DNA from: Ruditapes philippinarum
Lineage: Eukaryota
Reading direction: 5' to 3'
DNA length: 64,000 nt
Assembly: GCF_026571515.1 (NCBI RefSeq)
Contig: NW_026860085.1
Coordinates: 1-64,000 of the forward strand
The position numbers were made by a program, and so were the translations under genes. Below, piece by piece: positions 48,001-59,702 of this stretch (the first letter of the stretch is position 1; the number at the start of each line of letters is the position of its first letter). The notes under the pieces were generated by a model, which was not told the DNA's origin, made no database searches, and saw nothing but the letters and a program-made list of their open reading frames with translations.

Positions 48001-51000
48001 GAAACCATTGGTGGTCCACATTTTACCACCGTTGATCACATAGTCACCACCTTGTTTGACTGCTTTAGTCTGTATACCTGAAATGTTCAATATACATAAT
48101 AATAATATAAAATTACGATTATGTGAAAATACAAACAGAACAGAAATTTTGTTACTTGGTTTAACCCTTTACCTCATATATAGGCGAAACATTAAGCACT
48201 TTCGACCCCCCCCCCCTCCCCCTCTTTTAGGGCTCAAATAGTGTAAAAATGTCCTGTTTGGGCCAAAACACATGTTTTTGTTTGGAAAATGTGGATAAAA
48301 AAGTTGCCCCCCCCCCATCCAAAAGGTACATCAGGGGGTTGCCAGAAGGGGGATGTGCCCCTTCTGTTTGGGGGGTTTGAAGGGGGGCGGTAGTCCCTCT
48401 CATCACCAAGAAAATTTTGGACTTGTGAGAGGCTAAAAATGACCCCAGGTCGATCATAAGGTAACATGTAACCAACACTGAAATACCTTTGACTCTTTCT
48501 GAATCCATCGAGAAGTTGCAGCACTTTGAAATCAATTTTGATGGAAAAAATCAATGCAAAATAGTGATTTTTGGCAATTTTGAGATGTCCCCTCGTTACC
48601 ATGGTAACAGGAAATTTAAGACTGAGCATGTTGTTACAAAGGCAATGGTCCAGTCAACATTTGTGACAAGTTTGATTAGTATCGAAGAAGTTTTTATAGT
48701 TTTATAGCAATTTGAACTTGTAACGGGAGACTTTTCAATGAAAACAGACATTTTTCACAAAATTCTCATGAAGTAATGGGTTAAGGATAACAAGATCATC
48801 ACCATTTTAAATATACAAATACAACATATGAGCCGTGTCATGACAAAACCAACATAATGGGTTTGCGACCAGCATGGATCCAGACTTGCCTGCGCATCCG
48901 CGCAGTCTGATCAGGATCCATGCTGTTCGCTATCGGTTTCTATACTGGTTATAGAGTTTGTAAGCCAATGGCATGGATCCTGATCAGACTGCGCAGGCTG
49001 GTCTGGATCCATGCTGGTCGCAAACCCATTCTGTTGGTTTTGTCATGACACGGCTCAATTATGATACATAAATGACATATGACATGAACATGTATAACTG
49101 AAAAATCATAATCTATGAAATGTGAGAATGCTTAATGAGACAGGAAATTTCTTTAAAAGCATTTCAATACATATAAATAATTATGCTCAAGAATTTGTTT
49201 ATCATTTGTTTATTTTTACCTAACAGGATCAAATTTAGCTACAATACATTATGTTTTATACTGGGGAATTTGTGTATTACAAAATGTAAGTAAAATCCAC
49301 AAAAAGAAAACCAAAGTTTTAATACATGTATAACTTTTACATTAAAGTCATCTTGCTAGTTGAGATCAAAGGCATACAATAAACAAGCAGCAAGTTCCAT
49401 GTACTGCTAACTATATGCTCCATGTTTATTACAGTAAAATAAGTTCATGTGCAAAATAAGTGTTGTCCTGCACCAACTTTTAACTTTGTACCAGTAAAGA
49501 GTTTAAATCATTTTAAAACACAAATCATGAAATTAACAGTATAGAGCTTGGGCAAATGATGCATTCTGGCTATAGATTAGTAGGAAAAAAAAGAATCCTC
49601 TGGCTCACTTTGGCTCAAAAGTAACAAATTATCTTACAGGGTGTTTGTTTTTTCCCCTTCTATAGCAGAGGCCTTTAAAATATGCCTTCCCCTATCAACT
49701 CCTCCATGAAAATGCTTTAAAATCATACAGACTTCCCCTAAAGTTCAATTTACAACAAGTTTTTTCTTCTCCTTTTGTAAAAGTACAATGTAATTTTCAT
49801 AATTTTAAGTTTGTTTACGCAAATGTTAAGAAGAACATCATATAAAGAACATGTTTTAACCAATATGATGAAATGGTAAAAAAAAATGACAAAAATAATA
49901 TAAACATATTATATATACAGAACATAAGAGACAACAGGGTTGAAACAAATAATTAAATCACATTATTTGTAACTTGTTTTTGATAATGTTAAAAAGTACA
50001 TTGTTAAAACAACATGTTGTTTACAACCTTGAAATGGTAAAAATTCTATACACGCCATGGACATTAAAGTATGCATCAAACGATGACATTAACTAACCAT
50101 CTGCAGTAACCAAAAGTGAGCTGTTCAGAGCCAGGCCATGAGAGAACATCCATGTGGTCTGACATTTAGGTTCTTAAGGATGTTTTCGGGAGTTTTCATA
50201 TATAATACAATTATCGGCAATTTTTTTTTTCCGCATTAAATATTTATATTATCATATTTAACAACATGCCAAGTTTTTAGAAATTCTATAATTGAAGTGT
50301 TTTAATTTTGCCGATTAGTTTATATGAAAAAAATCCAAAAACGTCTGTAGATCATTCTATCTGTATTTAATATTGAAATCCATTAAAGCAACTTCACTTA
50401 GACCAAAGAAAAATCTAAAATATGAATTCCTTACATAAATCAAGTGAAGCATTAAAAATGAAAAATTCTGCAAAGGGTAATATAAAGATAATACTCAAAA
50501 CTGAATTCAATATTGATTTTTAGGTCATTTGAGTGAAAGGTGATGAAACACTTTTCATTTTTTAGGTCACTTTGCTCAATAAAAGTAATTATTCTAGAAA
50601 AATAGGGTAACAGAATGATCTGAAAATTTGCACACAAGTTATTGGTTTGGAACAACATCAAATGGTACAGAAATCTCATAAATATATTTTCAGGCTCTTG
50701 ATGTAAAAAAAACAACTCAACCTCCGTGGAGTCCAATAAACTTTTAATGTACTTTCCCTTATGCTAGGCAAATCAATTCATAAAAAACCTTGTGTTAATA
50801 AACTGTAGGTTTCTCTCTCACTTGACTGACAAACAGAACTTTTTTACAACATAAAAACAGAGTTTGAATGACAAGATTCATCTTTATTCCACCATAAAAC
50901 ACCATCAACTGTTGCAATCATTTTGTAAAACCAATCAACATTGTATTCAAATATAACATGTATGAGAGAGAAAAACTAGCATGAAATATCAAAACATTAC

Positions 51001-54000
51001 CATCTGTTATCAATACATTCAACAAATTGACAATCACATTACAGATTTCCTTAATAAATCTTCAAAAATAACATCACATACCCTTGAATTCATACTTTAT
51101 TATGACAATAAATGAATAACATAATCATTAATTATAGAGAAATCTTTTCTCTATTATTTCAAAAATATAAAAACAATTTGTTCTTTTATAGCATTAGTCT
51201 TTGTTTGTTAAGTACAATGTAAATTCATCTGCTATGAATTTGTGAAATTCAACGCATTTTTGACAGGAAACCAGGCATGGTTTTAATTACTTAGTACAAT
51301 TTTAAATTCCTATTAGTATTACATTGTCATAAACCTAATAATCATTACTACACATGGTGACTTGTTTTACGTTTCTGTAAAGATTCATGACTCCAGGTCA
51401 AATACTTTTTGGGCTACGCACGACACAAGCTAAAAATTTCAAAGTTTTACAAAGGGCAATAACTCTACAAATACTGAATATATCCACAAGCAAACACCCA
51501 GGTGCACAACTACACATGCTGACCAATACTTCTGTACAGTTCATTAATCTAGGTCAATTACTTTTTGGGCTTCACAGGACACAAGTTGAAAATTGCAAAT
51601 TTTTACTAAGTCAAGGGCAATAACTCTTGACAAAACTGAAATAATCCACATGCAAAACCAGAGGTGAACAACTTCAGATGCTTCATCATTCCTGTAAAGT
51701 TTGTGGACTCTAGCTCAAGCACTTTCAGAGCTACATGTGACATAACATGAGATTTCACTCATGGATGCACCGACAGATGGACAAGTGCAAATCTAATTCC
51801 CCCCCCCCCCTAGAGTGGGGGCATAGAAACAAAGCATAACAATTACATTATTTTTTCAAGTGGAGGCAATAACTAATTTTCTCAACTTTCCCAGTAAATA
51901 TAAGATCTACAGAAGTAAGAAAGTTGGATAGCAGCTTAAGAGATGATAATTTTAACTTATAAAACACAGTTACTAAGAATCTAGTATTCGTAACAATTAA
52001 TAAACCTAAAAACAGTATGGTCATCGTTTTCTTTAAATGGGTATAACAAGCACTAGTTAAAACAATTGGTGTTGTTGAAATCATTGTCAATTTCCAAATA
52101 TCAAAATCATTGTCAATTTCCAAATATCATAAAAGGGTTGAAACATAAGCATTATAAAGTGTCATTTACTTGTTTTGTTGATTATTTTTCATATATGTGA
52201 AACAGCTACAAGGAAGAATTGAGTCTGTTTCCATATATGTCTGACAGATCATATTTGTACTGTGGTTCCCTTAAGTGAAAAACAATTACAATATTTTGAT
52301 AAGTAACATTGCCACAAATGAAGAGAAACAGCTCAGGTTCAAGACATTACATAATTTTTTTCATATTTCTTTAAAAAAATAATTTTGGACGTATTTCACT
52401 GATGCTATGCACTCTTCTTCAATTCATCATCATTTTTGATCATCAAGTTTACGTTAAAATAATTCCATGACAGTTGTAAAATATAATTTGATCATGAAAC
52501 TTTCATGTAACAGGAATTGCACAAATACTTAGGTGACGGTGTCAGTTTATCTATTTATTTATTATATACATTGTTCACACAAGTTCAGTTATACACATGT
52601 ACATTTGATTATATTTTAAATACTGTGAAATTGTATTAGTGTTTACAACTGCAGTATTTCAAATGAATCATAACACATTTACTTTGGTAAATCGGCAAAC
52701 TGTTAATTAGTCTAGTTAATCGACTGTTTATAAAAATAATTCAAAACCGATTAAAGCCAGTTAAAATTTATTAGTATGTATTAACAAAATCAAATTGGTC
52801 GCGCAACTGTGCAGCGCCTGGCCAATCAAATTTTGTAAATACGTACTAATACTAAATTGAATCAGTCTAGTAAATCGACAGCTTTATAAAAATAATTCCA
52901 AACACTAAATTGGTTAGTGTGTATTAGTAACCACTACATTAAATTGGTTAAATGCTTACAAATAATTTAACATTACTGGTTTCCTTGCAGTTTCCAGCTC
53001 CTTGCAGATTTCCAGCTCTTTATCATTTTCATCCAGTAAAGTCTATTTTTTATCAGTTAAGCATTAATGTTACTTTATCAATCACAGAAACATTTGTTTT
53101 ATATATAGTACAGCGATTGATAATTGTTTTAAAATTTTGCTTGTTATTTAAAGTTACATAAGAGAACTTGCAACATTTAAAAATTAACAACACCTGGGGA
53201 ATTCTAGTTTGAATGCCCATGCACAATGTCTGAGATCCCATTCTAGGTAAATCAGTACTTTTAAACAATATATTTGCAGACAACACAGAAAAGGTTGGAA
53301 TGTTATATTTATTTGAAAAAAAACAACATTTCTTAACATTGCTTAATACCAGTACTGAATTATATTCAAAATAAAAAAGGTTTGAAAAATTGCTATGAAA
53401 TTTTGAATAAAAGTGAGAAAAGTTGTTATATTTCAGGCCTTTACTCCAATTTAAAAGTAAAATTAAAGAGCAACATTAAAACATGGCAATGCTGGACAGG
53501 TACATTACTTTGTTCTGTCAAAGTTTTGTACTCTTCCGTAGACAAATTTTTATTTTATTTGTTAAAAAGTGCAATTTGAGGCCAGAAACTACTAGGAAAC
53601 CAGTAACCTATACTTAAAGATATAATTTGATCACTAAATGTTTGCTTTTTTACATTGTACTTTATAAAATAATTGAAAAAAATAAAAGTTCATGATTGTC
53701 CTTTTACAAAACACATTAATTTTATACATCATATAATTATTGGTAAAGATATGACAATATATGAGATATGACCTTTCTCGTTTATATGTGATCCTATATT
53801 ATATGAACTTATTGATGATAAAACAGATGTTAAAGTTTCATCAGATTTAACACAACATGTTACAAGTATGACTAACTCTCTATATGACAATTTTTTTTTC
53901 CTACATTGTATGAGTAATTCAAGTGATCTGTCAGTGAAATGTATAGTGTATTTAATTTTTATTGAGTTTTATTACAGTGAAATCTGTGAGACATTGGATG

Positions 54001-57000
54001 GTCTCATAGATATTAGTGAGTCAACATACCAACCCAAATACAACCATATTTTCTTTAATGAGTACAAATTCACCAGGAAATGACTTAAAGTTGGATACAA
54101 AGAAATCAAAACTCTGGATGTTTTGAAAAATATTAGACCTTTGACCTGAGGAAGGTCAAATCTGCGCTCTTCACATCATTTCATTATGGGATACATTTCT
54201 ACCAAGTAGTTTCAATAAATTCCTTCTATCAGTCAAAAAGATACAGAGCAGACAGAGAATTTCTAACAGGTGGACAGACTACCAGGTGCATAACAATAAA
54301 TGCTATAATTTGTTTCGGTATAAAATAAAGAAAGTACAAAGAAATCTTACTAGCAACATCAGATCCTGCTCCTGCCTCACTGACACCTAAACATGCAACT
54401 TTATCTCCTGTTATAGTAGGTGCAAGAAATTCTTTCTTCACTTTATCACTTCCAAAACTGTAAGAAAAAGAATAACAGTATTAGCATTCAAGCAATCATA
54501 GATATACAAGTATTATAATTATATAGGGTATTGATATACATTGTATATATGAAATACATTAAAACACTACAATCTATCTATCTTACAATTGTGTCAAACC
54601 CCTCGTGGGGACGCAGACAGAAAGTTAATTAAAAGTTGTTCAAAAAAGGATAAAAAAATATTAAAAATGTTAAAAACAGGGAACTAGGGGGACACATGTT
54701 TAATGCTAGCTTTTTATAATTAATATATATAGAAAAAAAATCTACATAAATAGGGAGCTGTGGCAAAGTGGTTTAGATGTCTACTTCTCAATTCAAGGAT
54801 GGTAAAGTTTGAGTCATTCTCAAGAAATGACAAAGTTTCCTCATATGATGCTAGTGCTGGTTGGGGCGCCCGTGGCCAAGTGGTTAAGGTTTGACTTCAA
54901 ACCACTTGCCCCTCACCGCTGTGCGTTCGAATCCTGACAGGGACTTTGGATTCTTTCATGTGAGTAAGCTATCCAGCTAGCTTACAGAAAGTCGGTGGTT
55001 CTACTCAGGTGCCCGTTCGTGCCTGAAAAAATGCTTGGAAGGGCACCTGAGGTCTTCCTCCACCAGTAAAACTGGAACGTCGCCAAATGACCTATACTGT
55101 GTCGGTGTGACGTAAAACCCAAGTGAAAAAAAAAAAATTCTGATTAGTTCAAGGAAGAATACACCCAAGTGATAAACTTTAATTGAACTTGTTTCACAAT
55201 CAAGCTTAAATAGATATGTTTTAAAACAACATTTATCTTTGTATCTAGGTCAAATACTCACTAAGTTACCTTAATACCATGCTACTGCAATGCAGTCATG
55301 TCATAAATTCAGTAATTAACCCTTTACTTTGTTAATTATCTTAAAAGCCGATTATGCCTGAGAAATTCTTTTATCTTTATTTCTCAAAAACTTTTTAATT
55401 TTGATGCACTTTTGTAGTATCCAAAAAGTTCAAATACAGTCAGTCATAACTAAAGAAATGATGTACAAAATCAATAACACAACATTCTAAAATTTACAAA
55501 TATAAATAAAACTTTTTCACTAAAAATGTTAAGCTTGAAAACAAAAGTAAATGCATTAATGAAGCTGTGACCTATAAATCGGAACCATGTAGCCTAATAA
55601 AGAAGGTGTACTACATAAATAAGTTGGAAAGGAAAATTAAACCTGTTGAATGTGTAATTAATGGACTAGCCTGGTCTACATTTTACATTTTCCAAACTGT
55701 CTTTTGTCAAATTTTGAGAAGTAATAGTAAGTCATCAGTATAGAACCATATAAGACTTCTGCATGGATATGAAGGCTGTTCAGGCTCTATTCTGGTTACA
55801 AAAACTAAAGTACTTTTGATTGAAGAAGGTTAAGGGTTCAACTTACAGTAATGTTTTCTAATTATGAACTCTTGTCAGCCCACCTACAGTAACAAATTCA
55901 ATAATTAACATCTGTCAGTGACATCTCATATCAAAAATGTTATACTTTTTTTAAAGTATGATAAATCCAATAGTTTATTCACCTTTAAAGTACACATATG
56001 GCACATATGGTATGAATCAGCTGATACATTCTTTATAATTATACACTAGCCACCCTAAATATCTTTCATGGACTTACCCATTTTTGAAAACTGGATTTGT
56101 CATTTTTTGGTTAAATTTCAGAATGATTCCAAAGAAATAGCTACTAAAGAACACCATGATCAGATGGCATGAATGAGCTAGCTGATTTTGATTTTTGTAA
56201 TATGAATTAGTAAGGGTGCTACATTTTAGTGTAACTTTAGGTATTATGATCAAGCTAGGGAAATTCTTTGACCACAATCAAGTAATGTTTTATTAGAGAA
56301 ATATTAACATACGAAGCAAGGGCTGGCGTTGCCATGTCTGTCTGTACACCTATAGCCATTGGTATAGCTCCACAGTTGATTGCTCCAAGTTCCTCAGCTA
56401 CAGCCACGCTATAACTAAAGTCAAGACCCAGTCCACCATATTCTGTAACATTACCAAGAGTTATGTATAAATTACACAATGAACATAGCTCAATGTCTTC
56501 AATCTTTATATCTTAATTAAAGAAAACTATTAAAATTCATACAGTATACTTTGTAACCTTGTTTCAATTTATCCTTAATCTTGAATGACAAAATAATTAT
56601 TATCTTGTTTTATTTACACCATTACTTTATACATGTAATACTACATTATATTTATTCATTGGCCTGCTGGAATTAAAATAATAATAAGCCTTTGCCACTT
56701 GTGCCATCTGACCACTTTATTTAAAGTTGTCATATTGATATCCTTAACATTGATAACTGAAAGTTCCAAAACTGAAGGTGAACAAGTCCATTTCAGAAAT
56801 TCAGCAGAAAAAGGGTAAGAATAGATTGTTGTACAATATACGGTAAGGGATCTTCCATATAGAATATAATTATGTAATGATTGAACAGAGAGACTGGCAT
56901 GCAGACTGAAAACACAATAAGCCGAAATTTCCACCAAACAATGCAGACATAAACACCATTTTATTACTAATTGGCTAATGAATAATATAACAATTACAAG

Positions 57001-57322
57001 ATTATCTGCTTAGAATACAAGCATAACATGAATTTTATTGTCTTTTTTTTTCTTACTTCGCTTGTACTATTCAATAATGAGCTCACTTTTTTAAATGCCA
57101 TTCCAATATTTCATTAAATGTTTACTTAAGGTCACAGTATGAAACACTACATCATAATCACACATCTCACTCTACACTTATCATAATGCAGCAATACATA
57201 CCTGTTGGTTTTGTGACCCCTAAAAATCCTGCAGACCCTAACTTCTTAAAGACTTCATGGGCAGGAAACTGACCCTCTTCTTCCCACTGGTCAACATATG
57301 GGTTGATATCCTTCTCTATAAT
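36010..57322 (-). CDS. acyl-CoA dehydrogenase (probable acyl-CoA dehydrogenase 6 / LCAD-like type), exons 2-9
   Basis: Exons 57322-57202, 56442-56313, 54457-54351, 48077-47910, 45680-45507, 43923-43762, 42119-41969, 36112-36010 (TAA); all GT-AG and phase-compatible. Motifs: 'CLGVSEAGAGSDVA', 'YVINGGKMWTTNG', 'KLGMRSSDTAQIFFEDVRIP', 'RKAFG', 'CLQFWGGMGF', 'SIGGGADEVM'. The first exon probably lies in the corrupted region near 59100-59315. Confidence 0.95.
36280..37081 (+). mobile_element. HINE/pearl-like element with ~145-bp internal tandem repeats
   Basis: AACAAG start, GCTCACCTGA subterminal repeat, about 4.5 units, GGAC-type microsatellite, terminal palindrome GAGCTAGCTC-AGGTGAGC. Confidence 0.85.
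37155..37563. mobile_element. TIR-bounded element (TTAGTGCAGTAA...TTACTGCACTAA) with relatives at 47779-47883 and 50560-50740
   Basis: Inverted terminal motif; AACCTGTTACTGCACTAAGGTGACAA recurs at 47859 and TTTGCACACAAGTTATTGG at ~50628. Confidence 0.5.
38142..38684. repeat. 52-bp minisatellite, ~10 copies
   Basis: CCAGCCATGTGGTGGAGATAATGGCACTGTCAAAAGGTCAAACAATTATTTT; period 52 (38441, 38493). Confidence 0.95.
38940..39160 (-). mobile_element. tRNA-derived SINE, reverse strand
   Basis: On the - strand: GTGGTCGATGGGGTTAGAG (A box), GGTTCGATCCCC (B box), (AAAC)n tail. Confidence 0.6.
39262..41025 (+). mobile_element. HINE/pearl-like element carrying ~9 near-identical 179-bp repeats
   Basis: Subterminal IR GGCCGGGTTGCA (39274-39285) / TGCAACCCGGCC (41008-41019); (CCGC)n microsatellite ~40937-40972; 179-bp period. 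Confidence 0.9.
42420..43610 (+). mobile_element. HINE/pearl-like element with ~6 x 146-bp repeats
   Basis: AACTAG start, ATACCCCCGCA / TGCGGGGGTAT subterminal IR, GTGACCTTGACCTTTGACC units, GGACAGCC microsatellite. Confidence 0.9.
44674..45296. mobile_element. non-autonomous piggyBac-like element, copy A
   Basis: TTAA-CCTTTT...AAAAGG-TTAA; ~620 bp colinear with 48165-48780. Confidence 0.8.
46365..47420 (+). mobile_element. HINE/pearl-like element with ~170-bp repeats
   Basis: AACAAG start, ATCCCCCGCCGA / TCGGCTGGGGAT subterminal IR, (GGAC)n microsatellite duplicated together with a partial unit. Confidence 0.88.
47430..47730 (-). mobile_element. degenerate SINE, reverse strand
   Basis: tRNA-like head on the - strand (GATAGCTCAGTTTGTT...GGGTTCCATCC) and AT-rich tail. 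Confidence 0.45.
48165..48780. mobile_element. non-autonomous piggyBac-like element, copy B
   Basis: TTAA-CCCTTTAC...GTAATGGG-TTAA; colinear with copy A. Confidence 0.8.
48830..49056. mobile_element. palindromic MITE (Sola-like), copy 6
   Basis: Same family, small deletion in the right arm. Confidence 0.9.
51345..51828 (+). mobile_element. truncated HINE-like element
   Basis: 2-3 degenerate units (AAGGGCAATAACTC, GGTGCACAACT), GACAGATGGAC, terminal CCCC...GGGGG palindrome. Confidence 0.6.
54862..55138 (+). mobile_element. tRNA-derived SINE, RUDI/V-SINE-like, near full length
   Basis: A box TGGCCAAGTGG, B box GTTCGAATCC, core GGTGGTTCTACTCAGGTGCCCG...GGGCACCTGAGGTCTTCCTCCACCA, 3' GACGTAAAACCC plus A tail. 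Nested inside an older SINE. Confidence 0.85.
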
Positions 57323-59315
57323 CTACAACAAAATGTTTAACTTTACACAGTATGGATAGTTTTTAGTTAATTCATTATTTTGGTTTGGATTCAGGAAACA
57401 ATACAAACTTAAGGTTTTGCCATTCTAGGGAAGTGAGGTTACCTATGGTGGCACCAAAGACTATCACACTGGAGTGATAATCCACCTTTTTTCTGTATCT
57501 TAACATCTGCAGAAGCACAAGGACACATTCAAAGCTGGGCAAGGGGCTTAATATAAGTCATAGCCAAAAACACCTCAACATCTCAAGTTCTTGCAGGAAC
57601 CTACTTGTATAAGAATTTCTTGAAGTAAGTCTTCTATTATCCCCATACAAACATTTTCATTAACAGGAGCTGAAACTGAAGTTCTCCCTTGTGAGAGGCT
57701 ACACTATTCACTACAATAAAATCCATGGTTGTCCCAATTATTCATTACCCTTACTTTCATAGCATTTTCACAAAACTAGTTGGATACACTACATTTCTTT
57801 ATAAATTCCACATTATCAATGATTCTTTTTTTGTATATTATAAATTTGTATTTTTCTCTTTTAGGAGTTAGGACTGTTTACTTGGTAATTTAACTTTTTT
57901 TATTTACTGCAGTTTTTTCTGTTCATGGGCAAAACAAATTGACTCCATTTTAGGGAAAATTATACTTTTCTAGCACTTATATTTTATAAAATAGACAAAA
58001 TGCAAATATTTTAGACATTTTATATTTTTTGACTAATATCATAAAATTTTCTTGCCACAAGCATCTAGATAAGCAGTCTTATGTCAGCATCCAACTCAGA
58101 CAAAGATTGATTGATAAACATACTTTGTGCTTTCTATGTTTATGATGTTATTATGAAAATTTAGAATTTTTATAACATCATGTACAGATCATTTCAATAA
58201 AAAACAAAAACTTTTTACAGAGATCAAACAAAACATAATAGTGGCAATTAAGTGTGCCTAATTGGAAAAAGGCATTAAGGCAGCACGTAACTCTTGATGG
58301 AAGATTGGTGCTTAATACTCTCCAGATCATAACAGTAATGGCTTTCTAGCAGTTTCCGGCTCCAATCGCACTTTTTAACAAATAAAATATAAATCTGTCA
58401 GCGGACAAGTTCAAAACAATGTTAAAAATCAAAAATTAAAACACCCAAGCTTTTATCTGAATTAAATCATGTCATGTACATATCTGTCGGGATACATGGT
58501 TCTGTAGTGTAGACAATTTAGGTAATTTTGTAACTCTCCTTGACAAGCCTCAAAAATAAGTGTCAATACAATCAGAAATAAACAAACTAGTTTATTAGTT
58601 AGGAGAAGAACCTAGCTGTACTGTTTCGAATTTTTAGGTCTCTAGGTTTCAAATTATGAAATCTGTATGGAAAAATGTTCAAAAAGTGTCCGGTTGATGG
58701 TCCCTGTGTGCTCTCCCGTTTTAAAGCTCCCATTCAAAACATGGCTGACTGACCAAAGATTCAATGAGTTTATCTCTATGCATGATGTGTATTTCTATAG
58801 TCAATTTGCGACAGTTAAATACAATTCAATAAAATAGTAAATACAAGTTCTTTTTATTTGCACAATTTGCTAGAAATAATAAGAATGGTACCATTGGGGA
58901 CCATCCAGGCTGCCGAGGCATCCTATTTTTTTTAGAGAATGACATAGTCTATGATTTTTTTTCAAAATGGCTTATATTAGGTTTTTTGAAAATTTTTGGA
59001 TTAGTAAAATTGCTGGGAGTGAAAAATATAAATTTTATTAAGTTTTAAAAAGGGCCCGTTTGAGTTTCCAAAAACCCCGTCAAAAATTTAAAGAAATGAT
59101 TTCGTTCTACATTCTGCCCCTTTTTTAAAACCCTCGCTTTTAAATTTTGGGTATAAATCTTTTGTAAAAAGTCATCATCGTTGAGAACACTACTGCAGAA
59201 GCTAAATGTCTGCCACGGGAAGTTGTTTTTTGGCCCCTAAAAAACTGTAAATTTTTTTTTTAAAATGGTTTTTTTCTCAGGCTCGATCGAAAAACCCGGA
59301 AATGCAAAACGCCAT

Positions 59316-59702
59316 GTTTCTACAAACCGCATTTTAATTTTTTTTTAAGAAAAAATTTCTGTTTTTGGCTAATTGTTTTATTTCCGTTTTACCCTTCCCA
59401 AACTACAAAACCCAAAAATTCCCAAAATATTTTGCAGATAAATTTTTTTTTGTTAATTAAATTAAATTGTTCGCGGAAATGTAAAGGGGCAAATTAATTT
59501 AGGTGTAAATGTAAAAATTTTGGGTTTGTTTTTAGGGGTTTTTGGGTTCCAGCAAAAAAACTGTATTCATAAATTTAACCCTCGAAAAATCACGCTTCTG
59601 GAATCTTTTTAAAAAACTTTTTCAAATTAAATCATTGCAAGTTCCAAATTTTGGTATATTTCAGTAGTCAGATTGATCAGTACAGCTACAGATTTAAAAA
59701 GA
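59316..59702. promoter_or_regulatory. putative bidirectional promoter between the acyl-CoA dehydrogenase and IAH1
   Basis: Head-to-head orientation. Candidate dehydrogenase ATG at 59315 (-) and IAH1 ATG at 59703 (+). ETS-like CGGAAAT at ~59474. Sequence quality here is poor. Confidence 0.45.

Noticed and set aside
45016-48707. ORFs 45016-45372, 47050-47451 and 48227-48707 as transposase or genes
   Set aside because: They lie within non-autonomous repeats, show no catalytic motifs, and the frames are not conserved between copies.
54862-54945. tRNA gene
   Set aside because: A and B boxes are present but there is no complete cloverleaf, and it continues into a SINE body and A tail.
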